DNA of 64,000 nt from a bacterium. GTDB lineage: Bacteria > Desulfobacterota > DSWW01. Below are positions 19,831 to 29,669 of this stretch, piece by piece (positions within the stretch are counted from its first letter, which is position 1; each line of letters opens with the position of its first letter). The stretch spans positions 96,001 through 160,000 of the forward strand of contig JBFLZG010000087.1 of assembly GCA_040756235.1 (NCBI GenBank), given 5' to 3'. The notes beneath the pieces were generated by a model, which saw only the letters and a program-made list of their open reading frames with translations, did not search any database and was not told the origin of the DNA. Made by a program: the position numbers and the translations under genes.

Positions 19831-21036
19831 ATGACGCAACCCTATCGGATTGAACCCGATCTCGATTTCGTTCGAGACGTCATCCGCTCCGGCGGTGAGA
19901 CCGTCAAGAAGTGCTTTCAGTGCGCGACCTGCTCCGTGGTCTGCCCCATCTCCCCGGAGCAGGAGCCGTTTCCCAGGAAAGAGATGATCCAGGCCCAGTG
20001 GGGGCTCAAGGACAAGCTGGTCAGGGACCCGGATATCTGGCTCTGTCACAACTGCAACGACTGCTCGACCAATTGCCCCCGCGGCGCCAGACCCGGGGAC
20101 GTGCTGAATGCCCTCAGGCAGAAGAGCATCGAACACTACTCGGTCCCGGGCAAGCTCGCGCGCATGGTATCGGACCGGAAGTACCTGCCCCACCTGCTCG
20201 GCATCCCGACGCTGCTGTTCCTGATCGTGATCCTGTTCACGCACCGCTTCGGCGAGTCGATCCTGATGTCCCACGGGCAGCAGATCTCGCTCGAAGGTCT
20301 CATCCGGTCCTGGAAGATGATTCCCATGCTGGCCGTAGACGTCATCTTCATCCTGACCAGTGTCCTGGTCGTCGGGGTCTTTGCGAACGGCGTGGCGCGT
20401 TTCTGGAAGGACATGGACGCCCTCAGGCCGAGGAGATCCGGAATGGTCCCGAGCGCGATCGAGGTCATTCAGGAGCTGCTGTTCCACCGGAACTTCAAGG
20501 AGTGCGGGACGAGTCAGGACCGTTACCTGGGGCACCTGGGAGTCTTCTACGGATTCGTGGCCCTGTTCGTGGTCACGACCTGCATTTTCATCGGCATTTA
20601 CTTCCTCAGCCTCGTCGCGGACATTCCACCCACCCCCTGGGCGTGGTGGAACCCGGTCAAGCTGCTGGCGAATCTCGGTGCGATCGCCCTCCTGGCAGGG
20701 TGCTTTCTGCTCATCCGGAGCCGGCTCGCCGGGGAGGAGGACGCCAAGAGCTCTTACTACGACTGGTTCTTTCTGGGCCTCGTCACCGCAGTCGGCCTGA
20801 CCGGGCTTGCCGCGGAAGTCGTGAGATGGATCGGCATCGATTTTCTCTACTACGTACTCTATTTCATGCACCTGGTTTTCGTCTGGTCCATGATCGCCTA
20901 CTTGCCGTATTCCAAGTTTGCGCACTTGGTGTATCGGACGGCGGCGCTCATCCACGCCAAGGCTTCCGGCCGGGACCTGAAGGGCCGACCTCCCGTGCGA
21001 GTGCTCTCTCCCCGGGGAGCCGACTCTCCCGTGTGA
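19831..21036 (+). CDS. qmoC: QmoC (Fe-S domain + membrane heme b)
   Basis: CFQCATCSVVCP, CHNCNDCSTNCP, TM helices, PYSKFAH. Confidence 0.95.
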   Translation: MTQPYRIEPDLDFVRDVIRSGGETVKKCFQCATCSVVCPISPEQEPFPRKEMIQAQWGLKDKLVRDPDIWLCHNCNDCSTNCPRGARPGDVLNALRQKSIEHYSVPGKLARMVSDRKYLPHLLGIPTLLFLIVILFTHRFGESILMSHGQQISLEGLIRSWKMIPMLAVDVIFILTSVLVVGVFANGVARFWKDMDALRPRRSGMVPSAIEVIQELLFHRNFKECGTSQDRYLGHLGVFYGFVALFVVTTCIFIGIYFLSLVADIPPTPWAWWNPVKLLANLGAIALLAGCFLLIRSRLAGEEDAKSSYYDWFFLGLVTAVGLTGLAAEVVRWIGIDFLYYVLYFMHLVFVWSMIAYLPYSKFAHLVYRTAALIHAKASGRDLKGRPPVRVLSPRGADSPV

Positions 21037-21230
21037 AGTAGAAAAGAGACAGATAACGAGTCATGAGCGGAACAATGGAAAGGTTTTGCAGGTTGAATCC
21101 GGACACAGAGAGGAGGTGACAAGGGGCCAGAGAGGATGGATGCGAAGCACGGAGTCAGATCGCTCACCCTGCCAGTTGACTGGCAGAATGGACGGACAGC
21201 CAACAGGATCTGTCTAAGGAGGAAACAGGC

Positions 21231-22505
21231 ATGGCATTGAAACACAAGACCCCCATGCTGGACGAGCTCGAGAAGGGGCCGTGGCCAAGCTTCGTTACGG
21301 ATTTGAAGCGCATGGCCGAGCGGAAGCCCGCCTGCGACGATCTCCTGGGGGTGATGGAGCTCTCCTACCGGGAGAAAGAGGGGCACTGGAAGCACGGAGG
21401 CGTGGTCGGCGTGATGGGGTATGGGGGAGGGGTCATCGGCAGATACTGTGATCGGCCGGACCTGTTCCCGTCCGTCGCCCACTTCCACACGATCCGTGTC
21501 AACCAGCCGACGGCCAAGTACTATACGACGGCCCAGCTGCGGAAGCTCTGTGACGTGTGGGAGAAGTTCGGGAGCGGCGCCACCAATATGCACGGCTCCA
21601 CCGGAGACGTGATTCTCCTGGGAACGACGACCGACAACCTGGAGCCCTGCTTTTCGGCGCTGACCCACGAGTGCGGCATGGACCTGGGCGGATCGGGCTC
21701 CGCGCTTCGGACTCCGTCGGCCTGCCTGGGCATGTCGCGCTGCGAATATTCCTGCATCGACACCCAGGACTTCATTTTCAACGTGACCAAGACCTTTCAG
21801 GATGAGCTGCATCGCCCGGCTTGGCCTTACAAGTTCAAGATCAAGTCTTCGGGCTGCTCCAACGACTGCGTGGCTTCCATCGCCCGCGCGGATTGCTCGG
21901 TGATCGGGACCTGGCGGGATAAGATTCGAGTGGACGGGGAGGCCGTGCGTGCTTATGCGGCGGGCGACCTCGTCCCTGCCGGCGGCGGCCACGGCACCGA
22001 AAAACGCAAGCTGGACGTTCAGAAAGAGGTCTGCGATCTCTGCCCCACGAAGTGCATGAGCTGGGACGGGAAGACGCTGAAGATCGAGGACAAAGAGTGC
22101 ACGCGCTGCATGCATTGCATCAACGTCATGCCCCGTGCGCTCCGTCCCGGTCTCGACCGAGGGGCCACGATCCTGTGTGGCGGCAAGGCCCCGATTCTCG
22201 AAGGCGCCCAGATGTGCAGCGTGGTCATCCCTTTCATGAAGATGGAGCCTCCTTACGAGGAGTTCAAGGAGTTCATCGAGAAGGTGTGGGAATGGTGGGA
22301 TGAGAACGGGCGGAACCGGGAGCGCCTCGGCGAGCTGATCCAGAGGCTCGGGATGAGGGCTTTCCTGGAAGCGATCGGACGTGAGCCGGACCCAAGAATG
22401 GTCTTTACCCCCAGGTACAACCCGTACATGTTCTTCAAGGAAGAAGAAGTCGAGGGTGGCTGGGACCGGAAGGCGGCCGAGTACCGCAAGAGACACCAGG
22501 CCTAG
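21231..22505 (+). CDS. dsrA: Dissimilatory sulfite reductase alpha subunit (reductive type)
   Basis: [50 protein letters not shown]. Confidence 0.98.
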   Translation: MALKHKTPMLDELEKGPWPSFVTDLKRMAERKPACDDLLGVMELSYREKEGHWKHGGVVGVMGYGGGVIGRYCDRPDLFPSVAHFHTIRVNQPTAKYYTTAQLRKLCDVWEKFGSGATNMHGSTGDVILLGTTTDNLEPCFSALTHECGMDLGGSGSALRTPSACLGMSRCEYSCIDTQDFIFNVTKTFQDELHRPAWPYKFKIKSSGCSNDCVASIARADCSVIGTWRDKIRVDGEAVRAYAAGDLVPAGGGHGTEKRKLDVQKEVCDLCPTKCMSWDGKTLKIEDKECTRCMHCINVMPRALRPGLDRGATILCGGKAPILEGAQMCSVVIPFMKMEPPYEEFKEFIEKVWEWWDENGRNRERLGELIQRLGMRAFLEAIGREPDPRMVFTPRYNPYMFFKEEEVEGGWDRKAAEYRKRHQA

Positions 22506-22519
22506 GGAGGTACGGAGAA

Positions 22520-23614
22520 ATGGCAGAAGTGAAGAGACTGACCGATATTGGCCCTCCAGACTACAAGGAGTTCCTGCCGCCTGTGATCCGGGAGAACTAC
22601 GGGAAGTGGAAGTTCCACGAGACCGTCGAGCCTGGTGTGCTCATGCACGTCTCGGAGTCGGGCGCCGCCGTGTACTCCGTTCGAGTCGGCGGGACCCGTA
22701 TCATGACCGTCGACCACATCCGTGAGATTTGTGAGATCGCGGACAAGTACTGCGGGGGCCATCTGCGCTTCACCACGCGCAACAACATCGAGTTCCTGGT
22801 GAGCGACAAGAGCCAGCTCGAGCCCCTCAAGAAGGATCTCCGGAGCCGGGGCAACAAGTTCCCGATCGGCGGGACCGGAGCCGGGGTCACGAACATCGTT
22901 CACACCCAGGGATGGCTCCACTGCCACACGCCGGCCATCGACGCTTCGGGCGTGGTGAAGGCGGTCATGGATGACCTGTTCGAGTACTTCACCTCCATGA
23001 AGCTGCCGGCCCACGTGCGCATCTCTCTGGCCTGCTGCCTCAACATGTGCGGCGCCGTGCACTGCTCGGACATCTCGATTCTGGGGATCCACCGGAAGCC
23101 GCCGCTGGTCGAGAACGAGCGGCTGGATTCGGTGTGCGAGGTCCCGCTGGCCATTGCGGCCTGCCCGACGGCGGCCATCAAACCGACCAAGGTGAAAATC
23201 GGCGACAAGGAAGTCAAGAGCGTCGTGGTGAACAACGACCGCTGCATGTTCTGCGGGAACTGCTACACCATGTGCTCCGCCATGCCTCTGGCTGACCACC
23301 AGGGGGATGGAATTGCTCTGTGGGTAGGCGGCAAGGTCTCCAACGCGCGTAAACCGCCGACCTTCTCCAAGCTGGCCGTCCCGTTCCTCCCGAACGAGCC
23401 GCCGCGCTGGCCGAGCACGGTCAAGGCCATCCGGAAGATCGTCGAGGCCTACGCTGCGGGTGCGAGGAAGTACGAGCGCATCGCAGAGTGGATCGACCGG
23501 ATCGGATGGGAGCGGTTCTTCGAAAAGGCGGGCATCGAGTTCAAACATCAGCACATTGACGACTACCGTCTGGCCATGACAACCTGGAGGACGACGGCCC
23601 AGTTCAAGTTCTAG
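22520..23614 (+). CDS. dsrB: Dissimilatory sulfite reductase beta subunit
   Basis: [38 protein letters not shown]. Confidence 0.98.
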   Translation: MAEVKRLTDIGPPDYKEFLPPVIRENYGKWKFHETVEPGVLMHVSESGAAVYSVRVGGTRIMTVDHIREICEIADKYCGGHLRFTTRNNIEFLVSDKSQLEPLKKDLRSRGNKFPIGGTGAGVTNIVHTQGWLHCHTPAIDASGVVKAVMDDLFEYFTSMKLPAHVRISLACCLNMCGAVHCSDISILGIHRKPPLVENERLDSVCEVPLAIAACPTAAIKPTKVKIGDKEVKSVVVNNDRCMFCGNCYTMCSAMPLADHQGDGIALWVGGKVSNARKPPTFSKLAVPFLPNEPPRWPSTVKAIRKIVEAYAAGARKYERIAEWIDRIGWERFFEKAGIEFKHQHIDDYRLAMTTWRTTAQFKF

Positions 23615-23677
23615 ATGGCGGAGGGAATGCGGCCAAGCAGGAGCGCTTCGTCGCATTCCGCTCTGCAGTTGCTCGTG

Positions 23678-23706
23678 CAAAGGGCGACCCCGGGGGTCGC
23701 CCTTTG
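23678..23706 (+). terminator. Terminator-like hairpin after dsrB
   Basis: CAAAGGGCGACCCC-G-GGGGTCGCCCTTTG. Confidence 0.6.
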
Positions 23707-23738
23707 TGCTCGGACAAACGGCGGAAAGGGAGATATCC

Positions 23739-24368
23739 TTGACCAGGCAAGACGACGCGGAAACCCTTGAGAAGCTCCGGAAGGAGCTCTTGCTCCACCC
23801 AGATTCGGCTCCCCTTCACTACAACATGGGGCTGGCGCTCGCCAGGAAAGGGGAGCTGGATGAGGCGATTTGTGAATTCAAGACCGCTTTGGAGCTGAAC
23901 TCCGGGATGGTCGAGGCCAGGATCAATCTCGGCGGCATGTATCTGCGCAAAGGGAACCTCGAGGCGGCGATCCAGGAGAACCGGAAGGTTCTCGAGATCG
24001 ATCCGAAGATGATCAACGCGTACAGCAACTTGGGTTTTCTGCTGGTGCGCCAGGGCAAGGTGGATGAAGGCATCCGGGTTTACGAAGAGGCGCTCCGCAT
24101 TCACAAGAACGTTCCCCAGGTCTACGCGAATCTCGGCCAGGCCTACCATCTCAAAGGAGACCTCGAGCGGGCGGCCGAGGCGAACGAAAAGGCCCTGGCC
24201 TTGTCCGAGCGCTTCGCTCCGGCTCATCACAATCTGGCCATGATCTACTCTCAAAAGGGGGATCTGGATGCGGCTCGCAAGCACTGCGAAGAGGCCGTTC
24301 GCCTCGGATTTCCGGTCAGTGAGGAGCTTCGGGCAAGGCTGATGCCGCCCGCAGGCGCTTCGGAGTAA
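23739..24368 (+). CDS. Tetratricopeptide repeat protein
   Basis: About five TPR units (HYNMGLAL, RINLGG, YSNLG, YANLG, HHNLA); TTG start after GGGAG. Confidence 0.85.
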   Translation: MTRQDDAETLEKLRKELLLHPDSAPLHYNMGLALARKGELDEAICEFKTALELNSGMVEARINLGGMYLRKGNLEAAIQENRKVLEIDPKMINAYSNLGFLLVRQGKVDEGIRVYEEALRIHKNVPQVYANLGQAYHLKGDLERAAEANEKALALSERFAPAHHNLAMIYSQKGDLDAARKHCEEAVRLGFPVSEELRARLMPPAGASE

Positions 24369-24431
24369 GTGCAAGCCGACACGTGAGCGCCGCGAGCCCG
24401 CCCGGTGGGGTGAGGTGTTGGAGAGCAAGAC

Positions 24432-24956
24432 ATGGATTGGGATCCAAGTCGGGAGCAGGTCCAGGGACACGGGTCGTTCGTCAAAATACGATATCGTTTG
24501 AGGACCCTGCAGGGCGAATACGTCAAAGGCGACCCTCGTGAAGGATACGCCTACCTGGAATTCTTCACGGGGTACAACCAGGTCCTCCCGGCGCTGGAGA
24601 AGAACCTGCTCGGCAAGGCAAAAGGGATGGAGCTTCGCCTTTGCCTGTCTCCCGCGGAAGCCTTCGGCCCCTACCGTCAGGACCTGCTCAAAGAGCGAAG
24701 TCTCGAGGAATTCCCGGAAGGGAGAAGCCTGGAACCCGGGAAATGGGCCTCGGCCCGGGACGAGCGAACGAGGACGGCCTACAGCTACTACGTGAAGGAG
24801 AAAGACGAACATCGGATCGTGCTGGACTTCAACCACCCGTTGGCCGGACGGGACTTGGTCTACGAGCTGAAGATCCTGGAGGTGCGGCCTGCGACGGCAG
24901 AGGAAAAGGAATTGCTGCGCCCATGCGAGACGGAGGAGGGAGACGTTCGCGGCTGA
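24432..24956 (+). CDS. FKBP-type peptidyl-prolyl isomerase (SlyD-like, no His tail)
   Basis: PAEAFG and LDFNHPLAGRDL motifs. Confidence 0.9.
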   Translation: MDWDPSREQVQGHGSFVKIRYRLRTLQGEYVKGDPREGYAYLEFFTGYNQVLPALEKNLLGKAKGMELRLCLSPAEAFGPYRQDLLKERSLEEFPEGRSLEPGKWASARDERTRTAYSYYVKEKDEHRIVLDFNHPLAGRDLVYELKILEVRPATAEEKELLRPCETEEGDVRG

Positions 24957-25067
24957 GGCGGACAAATCGCCAGATGCAAGGCGGGCGCAGAAGGGCAGGT
25001 TTTAGGTATGTATTAGGCTTCAGGGGCAGGGTTTAGGCGGGGACTGACACCCAAAACCAGACACCTG
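24954..25067. repeat. Truncated MITE end plus degenerate 7-bp repeats
   Basis: GCCAGATGCAAGGCG block, then CAGGTTT-TAGGTAT and CTGACAC...CAGACAC-CTG. Confidence 0.5.
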
Positions 25068-25242
25068 GCGAGGCGCGCCGGAGAGGGCCGTTTCGTGGCA
25101 GGGGGGCATGCCCTTTCCGCAGGAAACGGCCGCCCCCTTGCCAGCGCATGTGTGGACCCGGTCCCGGACATCGGACAGGGATCTGAGGGCGCCGAAGGCG
25201 GGGTCGGGCTGAGAAAACCGATAGGTCGGTGAAGAGAATGGC

Positions 25243-25476
25243 TCAGGTCTTGAGCTTTGCGTCCACGTCTTCCTGAGCCAGCTGGAACATCGTCGTGCTG
25301 CCGGTCGAGAAGTACATCAGCGTCCTTTCTTCAATCATTTCGCTGATGATTTTCTTCAGATCCTTCTTGCTGACGCCTTCCACGGCGTCGTGGAGGTCGC
25401 TCATGTAGAACTTCGTCTTGACCTTCTCCTTGCTCTTGAAGAAGTCAAGGATCTTCTGCTTCACATCTTCATGCAT
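25243..25476 (-). CDS. dsrD: Dissimilatory sulfite reductase D
   Basis: 77 aa; KTKFYMSDL and LMYFSTGSTTMF match the DsrD signature; SD AAGGAG. Confidence 0.9.
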   Translation of the reverse strand: MHEDVKQKILDFFKSKEKVKTKFYMSDLHDAVEGVSKKDLKKIISEMIEERTLMYFSTGSTTMFQLAQEDVDAKLKT

Positions 25477-25526
25477 CGGGCTCTCCTTTGTCGCATGGGA
25501 AACGGTATCAGGGGAAAAACCAAGTA

Positions 25527-25555
25527 ACCTTAGAGTTTTCATGCGGAAAAGTCAA
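25527..25555 (-). promoter_or_regulatory. sigma70 promoter of dsrD
   Basis: TTGACT-N17-TAAGGT on the minus strand. Confidence 0.55.
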
Positions 25556-25580
25556 CCGGCAGAAAGCTGGGGAGACCCTC

Positions 25581-25934
25581 ATGTCCTCCGAAGAAGAGAA
25601 GAAAAAAAAGGCCATTTTCGAAAGCATGTCGCCGAAGCGGCAGAAGAGGATTCTCGAGAAGGGTTACGAGCAGTGGGATCCTTTCCGGATGCCCAAGGAA
25701 CCTCCATTTTTTTCCGAAGAAGACAGGCGCGCGCGAAGGCAGATTGCAGATCTCGTGGATCGATTCCTGGATCATGCAGCACGCCGCATTCTCAAAGCCC
25801 CCCCCTCGCCGGCTTACATTCAATCCGTTCGGGACATCGCGTTCGGGCTGGCGCGAGGAGAGGAACGCTATCAGGCCATGTACGACTACTCTGTCTGGTT
25901 TGCCGCTATCGCGAAGGGGGCCGATGCCGGATGA
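25581..25934 (+). CDS. Hypothetical protein, divergent from dsrD
   Basis: SD GGGAG; MSPKRQKRILEKGYEQWDPF..PK resembles small proteins recalled from sulfate reducers (unverified). Confidence 0.7.
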   Translation: MSSEEEKKKKAIFESMSPKRQKRILEKGYEQWDPFRMPKEPPFFSEEDRRARRQIADLVDRFLDHAARRILKAPPSPAYIQSVRDIAFGLARGEERYQAMYDYSVWFAAIAKGADAG

Positions 25935-25951
25935 TACCCCCGGGCGGCCGG

Positions 25952-26689
25952 TCAAGGCTCCGGATCGTGGCTCGCCGGCGGGGCGGCCCTGAGGCTCTCC
26001 AACTCCTGTTCGACGGCAGCTGTTGCCCTGAGGTCTTTGAGTCTCCGGTAGATCGCGAGCGCTTGCTCGTGCCATGAGATGGCCTGGGCAAGGTCTCCTT
26101 TCTTCTTCGAGAGGTCTCCCAGGTTGGTAAAGGTCATGGCTTGGCGGTCTTCCACGCCGAGCCTTTCCCAACGTTTCAGCGCTTCCTGAAAATACATGAA
26201 GGCCTTTTCATCTTGACCCAGCAGTCGGTGCATCTTGGCGATCCGGTCCAGCAGGATCCCGCAGCCCAGAGCGTCCTCGAAGGTCGAACAGATCTCGAGG
26301 GCCTCCTGGTAAGGGAGGAGGGCCTTTTGCGGGTCCTCCCGGGACCAGTGGATGTCCCCGAGAAGAAGAGAGGCCCGCACCCGGTTCTTCTTGTCGTCAG
26401 CTGTGAGGCAGGTGTGATAAGCCGACTTGCACAGGATCTCGGCCTGCTCCGCGTGCCCGGCCGCCAGGTGAAGCTCGGCAAGGGACAGGGAGACGACCGC
26501 TTCGCCGAAAGTGTTGTGGTGTTTCCTGCAGAGGGCGCAAGCTTCTTCGAGGAGCGGGAGGGCTTGCTGGAAATCGCCTTTCTCCCGGTGAGTGTCCCCC
26601 AGCTTGAAGGCCAGGTTCGCCATTCGGGTCTCATCACCCTGTTGGCGGGCCTCCGAGAGAAGCTCGCTCATCCGTTCCATCGAGTGCAT
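25952..26689 (-). CDS. Tetratricopeptide repeat protein
   Basis: Repeated LG..H...G....A.....AL units; start ATG 26689 after AAAGGA. Confidence 0.8.
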   Translation of the reverse strand: MHSMERMSELLSEARQQGDETRMANLAFKLGDTHREKGDFQQALPLLEEACALCRKHHNTFGEAVVSLSLAELHLAAGHAEQAEILCKSAYHTCLTADDKKNRVRASLLLGDIHWSREDPQKALLPYQEALEICSTFEDALGCGILLDRIAKMHRLLGQDEKAFMYFQEALKRWERLGVEDRQAMTFTNLGDLSKKKGDLAQAISWHEQALAIYRRLKDLRATAAVEQELESLRAAPPASHDPEP

Positions 26690-26785
26690 ACAGGTTCCTT
26701 TTCCCCCGGCTGCTCTTATAATCATACCGGAAAGCGTCGACAAAAACATCCCTTTCAAAAGGGCCGAGCAGGAGACGAGGCAGGC

Positions 26786-27145
26786 ATGGACAAGAGGATC
26801 GAGGGGAAGGGGCGCCCGGATTCGGAGGAGGCTGCCCGCAGGCGCTTCGAATCGGTGAACGAAGTCGGACGCATTCTGGTGCGGAAAGGCCTTCTGGATC
26901 CCGGTGAAGAGCTGGTCGGCGCCATGTTGGAGGACCTCGTTCACTATGCCTATTTCACCGGCTGCATCTCCAGAACGAAAGTGAAGGAGCTTCTTGGCTT
27001 GACGGATGAGGCGGCCAAGGACCGGGTCAGGACGTGGAAGAGATGGCATGAGGGCAACAAGCATTGTCAGGCCCGGTGGAATCCCATGTACGAGGCCTGG
27101 CAGAACCAGGGCGAGGGACCTGAAGGGGCGACAGAAGAGAGCTGA
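26786..27145 (+). CDS. Hypothetical protein (possible HTH-like segment)
   Basis: SD GAGG; 119-aa ORF; ISRTKVKELLGL segment. Confidence 0.6.
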   Translation: MDKRIEGKGRPDSEEAARRRFESVNEVGRILVRKGLLDPGEELVGAMLEDLVHYAYFTGCISRTKVKELLGLTDEAAKDRVRTWKRWHEGNKHCQARWNPMYEAWQNQGEGPEGATEES

Positions 27146-27257
27146 AGAGCCCTGCCTGTTCGCGTCAGTGTGGGGCGGCCGCCGTCGCGGGCTTTCATCG
27201 CCCGCGGATTGCCGCTATAATGGGCTCATCTGAGGGTCGAAGGAGAGGAGAAGGAAG

Positions 27258-27500
27258 TTGCCCCTATACGAATTCACATGCCAGCAGTGCGGCAGGCTCT
27301 GCGAATTCCTTGTGCGGAGCTCGACGGAAAAGGTCGAGCTCCGCTGTCCCGCTTGCGGTTGCGAACGACTGCAGCGGGTGTTGAGCCGGGTCAACTCCGT
27401 GGTTGCCGGTTCCGGCGGAGGAGCGGATTCCTCCGTGGAACACCGGTCCTGCCCTTCCGGAACCTGCTCTACCATCACCTTGCCTGGACACTCGCGATAG
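27258..27500 (+). CDS. FmdB-family zinc ribbon protein
   Basis: MPLYEFTCQQCG...CPACG; C-terminal CPSGTC; TATAAT at 27217. Confidence 0.85.
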   Translation: MPLYEFTCQQCGRLCEFLVRSSTEKVELRCPACGCERLQRVLSRVNSVVAGSGGGADSSVEHRSCPSGTCSTITLPGHSR

Positions 27501-27650
27501 CGGTGATAGGCTGTTTCCGCCCGCTCCGTTGGCCGGGGCGGCCCGCGGGCATCTCGAGACGGTGTGCCGCGCACAGCCCCCATCTGAGAGCCCGATCCGG
27601 GAAACGACAGCCGTCCGGCACGCAGTCTGTAACACAGGAAAGGATGCAAG

Positions 27651-28463
27651 ATGAAAGACCCCTCCAAGTCAAGCGCACCGCCTTCCCGGAGACCCCTGCT
27701 GAAACCATCGAGCCGGGTCAAGTTCGAATGCAGGCCCGGCCTGCCGTGCTTCACGGCCTGTTGCCAGGACGTGAATATATTCCTCTCCTCCTACGACATC
27801 CTCCGTCTCAAGAATCGCCTTCAAGTGACCTCTGGCGACTTCCTGGAGCGGTACACGAAGACGCTACTTTCCCCCTCAGGGGCAATTCCTCTGGTGCAGC
27901 TCAAAATGCAGGAATCGGACAAGCGGTGCCCTTTCGTTACCCCCGAAGGCTGCACGGTTTACTCGGACCGCCCCTGGGCCTGCCGCATGTACCCGATCGA
28001 CCGGACGGACGCAGGCGGGGAGTACTTCTTTATCGCCGAGAACGAAGTGTGTCGCGGTCGAAACGAGCCCAAGGAATGGGCGATCGAGGACTGGCTCACG
28101 GACCAGGGTGTCGAGCCCTACGAGGAGATGGACGACCGTTTCTCGATCGTGACCCGGAACCCGCGGCTGATGAAGGAGAAGCTCCAGGACCCGAGGATGC
28201 AGAAGATGTTCTGGATGGCTTTTTACGACCTGGACACCTTCCGCCGCTTCGTCTACGAGAGCCGTTTCCTTCAGACCTTCGAAGTGGAGCCGGAGATGGT
28301 GGAGCTGGCCCGCAAGGACGACATGGCTCTCCTGCACCTGGCGCTCCGGTGGCTTCAGTTCGGGCTGGTCTGCGCCGATGTCCTGCCGATTCGGGAGGAA
28401 GTGCTCAAAGCGAAGAAGGCTGCGCAGGAAGAAGCCGGGAAGAAAGCCTCGGACGCAGAGTGA
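27651..28463 (+). CDS. YkgJ/UPF0153 (CxxCxxCC-type) cysteine-cluster protein 1
   Basis: CRPGLPCFTACC, CPF...GCTVYSDRPWACRMYP, CRG. Confidence 0.88.
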   Translation: MKDPSKSSAPPSRRPLLKPSSRVKFECRPGLPCFTACCQDVNIFLSSYDILRLKNRLQVTSGDFLERYTKTLLSPSGAIPLVQLKMQESDKRCPFVTPEGCTVYSDRPWACRMYPIDRTDAGGEYFFIAENEVCRGRNEPKEWAIEDWLTDQGVEPYEEMDDRFSIVTRNPRLMKEKLQDPRMQKMFWMAFYDLDTFRRFVYESRFLQTFEVEPEMVELARKDDMALLHLALRWLQFGLVCADVLPIREEVLKAKKAAQEEAGKKASDAE

Positions 28464-28504
28464 AGCGCGAGCGGTCGAGAGAAGGGCAGAGGAGGGTCGT
28501 TTGC

Positions 28505-29278
28505 ATGCCGCCGACGGACCATGAAGGTGTTCTCGAACCCCTTCCGGAAACAGGCCTGCGGTTCTCGTGTCACCCCTCCGTCCCCTGTTTCAACGTCTGC
28601 TGCCGCGACCTCCGTCTCACCCTGACTCCCTACGACATCCTCCGCATGAAGAAAGCGGCCGGCCTGCCCTCGAGCGCTTTTCTGGAGCAGTATACGTTCG
28701 TCGAAACCGATCCGGAGTGGAAGATCCCGGTCATCAGGCTCCAGATGTCGGATGATCCCGTGCGGTCCTGTCCTTTCGTGCGCGCGGGCGGCTGCAGCAT
28801 TTATGCGGACCGCCCCGCAGCTTGCAGGACCTATCCTCTGGGCCGTGCATCCAGACGGGGTCCCGACGGTACGGAGGAACACTATTTTATGGTTCGGGAG
28901 GCGCACTGCCTGGGCTTCCGGGAGGGCAAGCTCTGGACGGTTCCGGAATGGCTGAGAGATCAGGGTCTCGCGACTTACAACGAATGGACCGATCGTTGGA
29001 TGGGATTCCTGTCCACGTACAGACCGGGAGCGCGCGACCTGAGCGAAGCCCAGTGGAAGATGTTCTACATGGGATGCTACAGTCTGGACCGCTTCCGCGA
29101 ATTCGCCTTCGGCACGCGCCTGCTGTCGCTCGTCGAGATTTCCGAAGAGCGGTTGGAGCGTTTGCGCCGGAACGAGGAAGCGCTGCTGAGCTTTGCCCTG
29201 CAGTGGCTCGCCTTTTCGATCTTCGGTGAGCCGGTTCTCAAGCTGCGCCGCGCATCACTCGACGATGCCAGGCCTTAG
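28505..29278 (+). CDS. YkgJ/UPF0153 cysteine-cluster protein 2
   Basis: CHPSVPCFNVCC, CPF...GCSIYADRPAACRTYP, CLG; paralog of the upstream gene. Confidence 0.88.
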   Translation: MPPTDHEGVLEPLPETGLRFSCHPSVPCFNVCCRDLRLTLTPYDILRMKKAAGLPSSAFLEQYTFVETDPEWKIPVIRLQMSDDPVRSCPFVRAGGCSIYADRPAACRTYPLGRASRRGPDGTEEHYFMVREAHCLGFREGKLWTVPEWLRDQGLATYNEWTDRWMGFLSTYRPGARDLSEAQWKMFYMGCYSLDRFREFAFGTRLLSLVEISEERLERLRRNEEALLSFALQWLAFSIFGEPVLKLRRASLDDARP

Positions 29279-29518
29279 GTGGTCCGGCGAACAGACGGGC
29301 AGAGGGCCGCTGGATCCCGTTTCCGGGTTGAGGCTGTGACGGTAGGAGCAACGGGTGCCGTATTTCTCCATCATCCAGGCCCAGCCGCGCACATAATACG
29401 GGCACTCGTCGTGAAAACAGACGTACTTGGTTTCTCCCGCCCAGTCGGACTCGACCGGAGAGACCCACTTGCTCATCTGCCTGCCGCAGTGAGGGCAGGA
29501 GTAGGATGTGTTCGTCAT
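29255..29518 (-). CDS. Small zinc-finger-like protein
   Basis: CPHC...CFHDEC, YYVRGW; SD GGGAG. Confidence 0.75.
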   Translation of the reverse strand: MTNTSYSCPHCGRQMSKWVSPVESDWAGETKYVCFHDECPYYVRGWAWMMEKYGTRCSYRHSLNPETGSSGPLPVCSPDHLRPGIVE

Positions 29519-29669
29519 GGTTGTGTCTCCCATTCTTGCACGCGCCGACGAGCAGAGAAACGGACGAAATCACCGGCTGCCGTGAGCACATTGCGTTTGG
29601 ATGCGGGCACTTTTGAGAGAATACCAGCGACAGCCGCCGCAGTAAAGATGACGCCCGTGTAAGGGTCCG

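Noticed and set aside
27278..29278. 666-aa ORF suggesting a long YkgJ fusion (similar over-extensions at 39886 for argS, 11024 and 27064)
   Set aside because: The upstream portions overlap other genes or promoters in another frame; internal starts fit better
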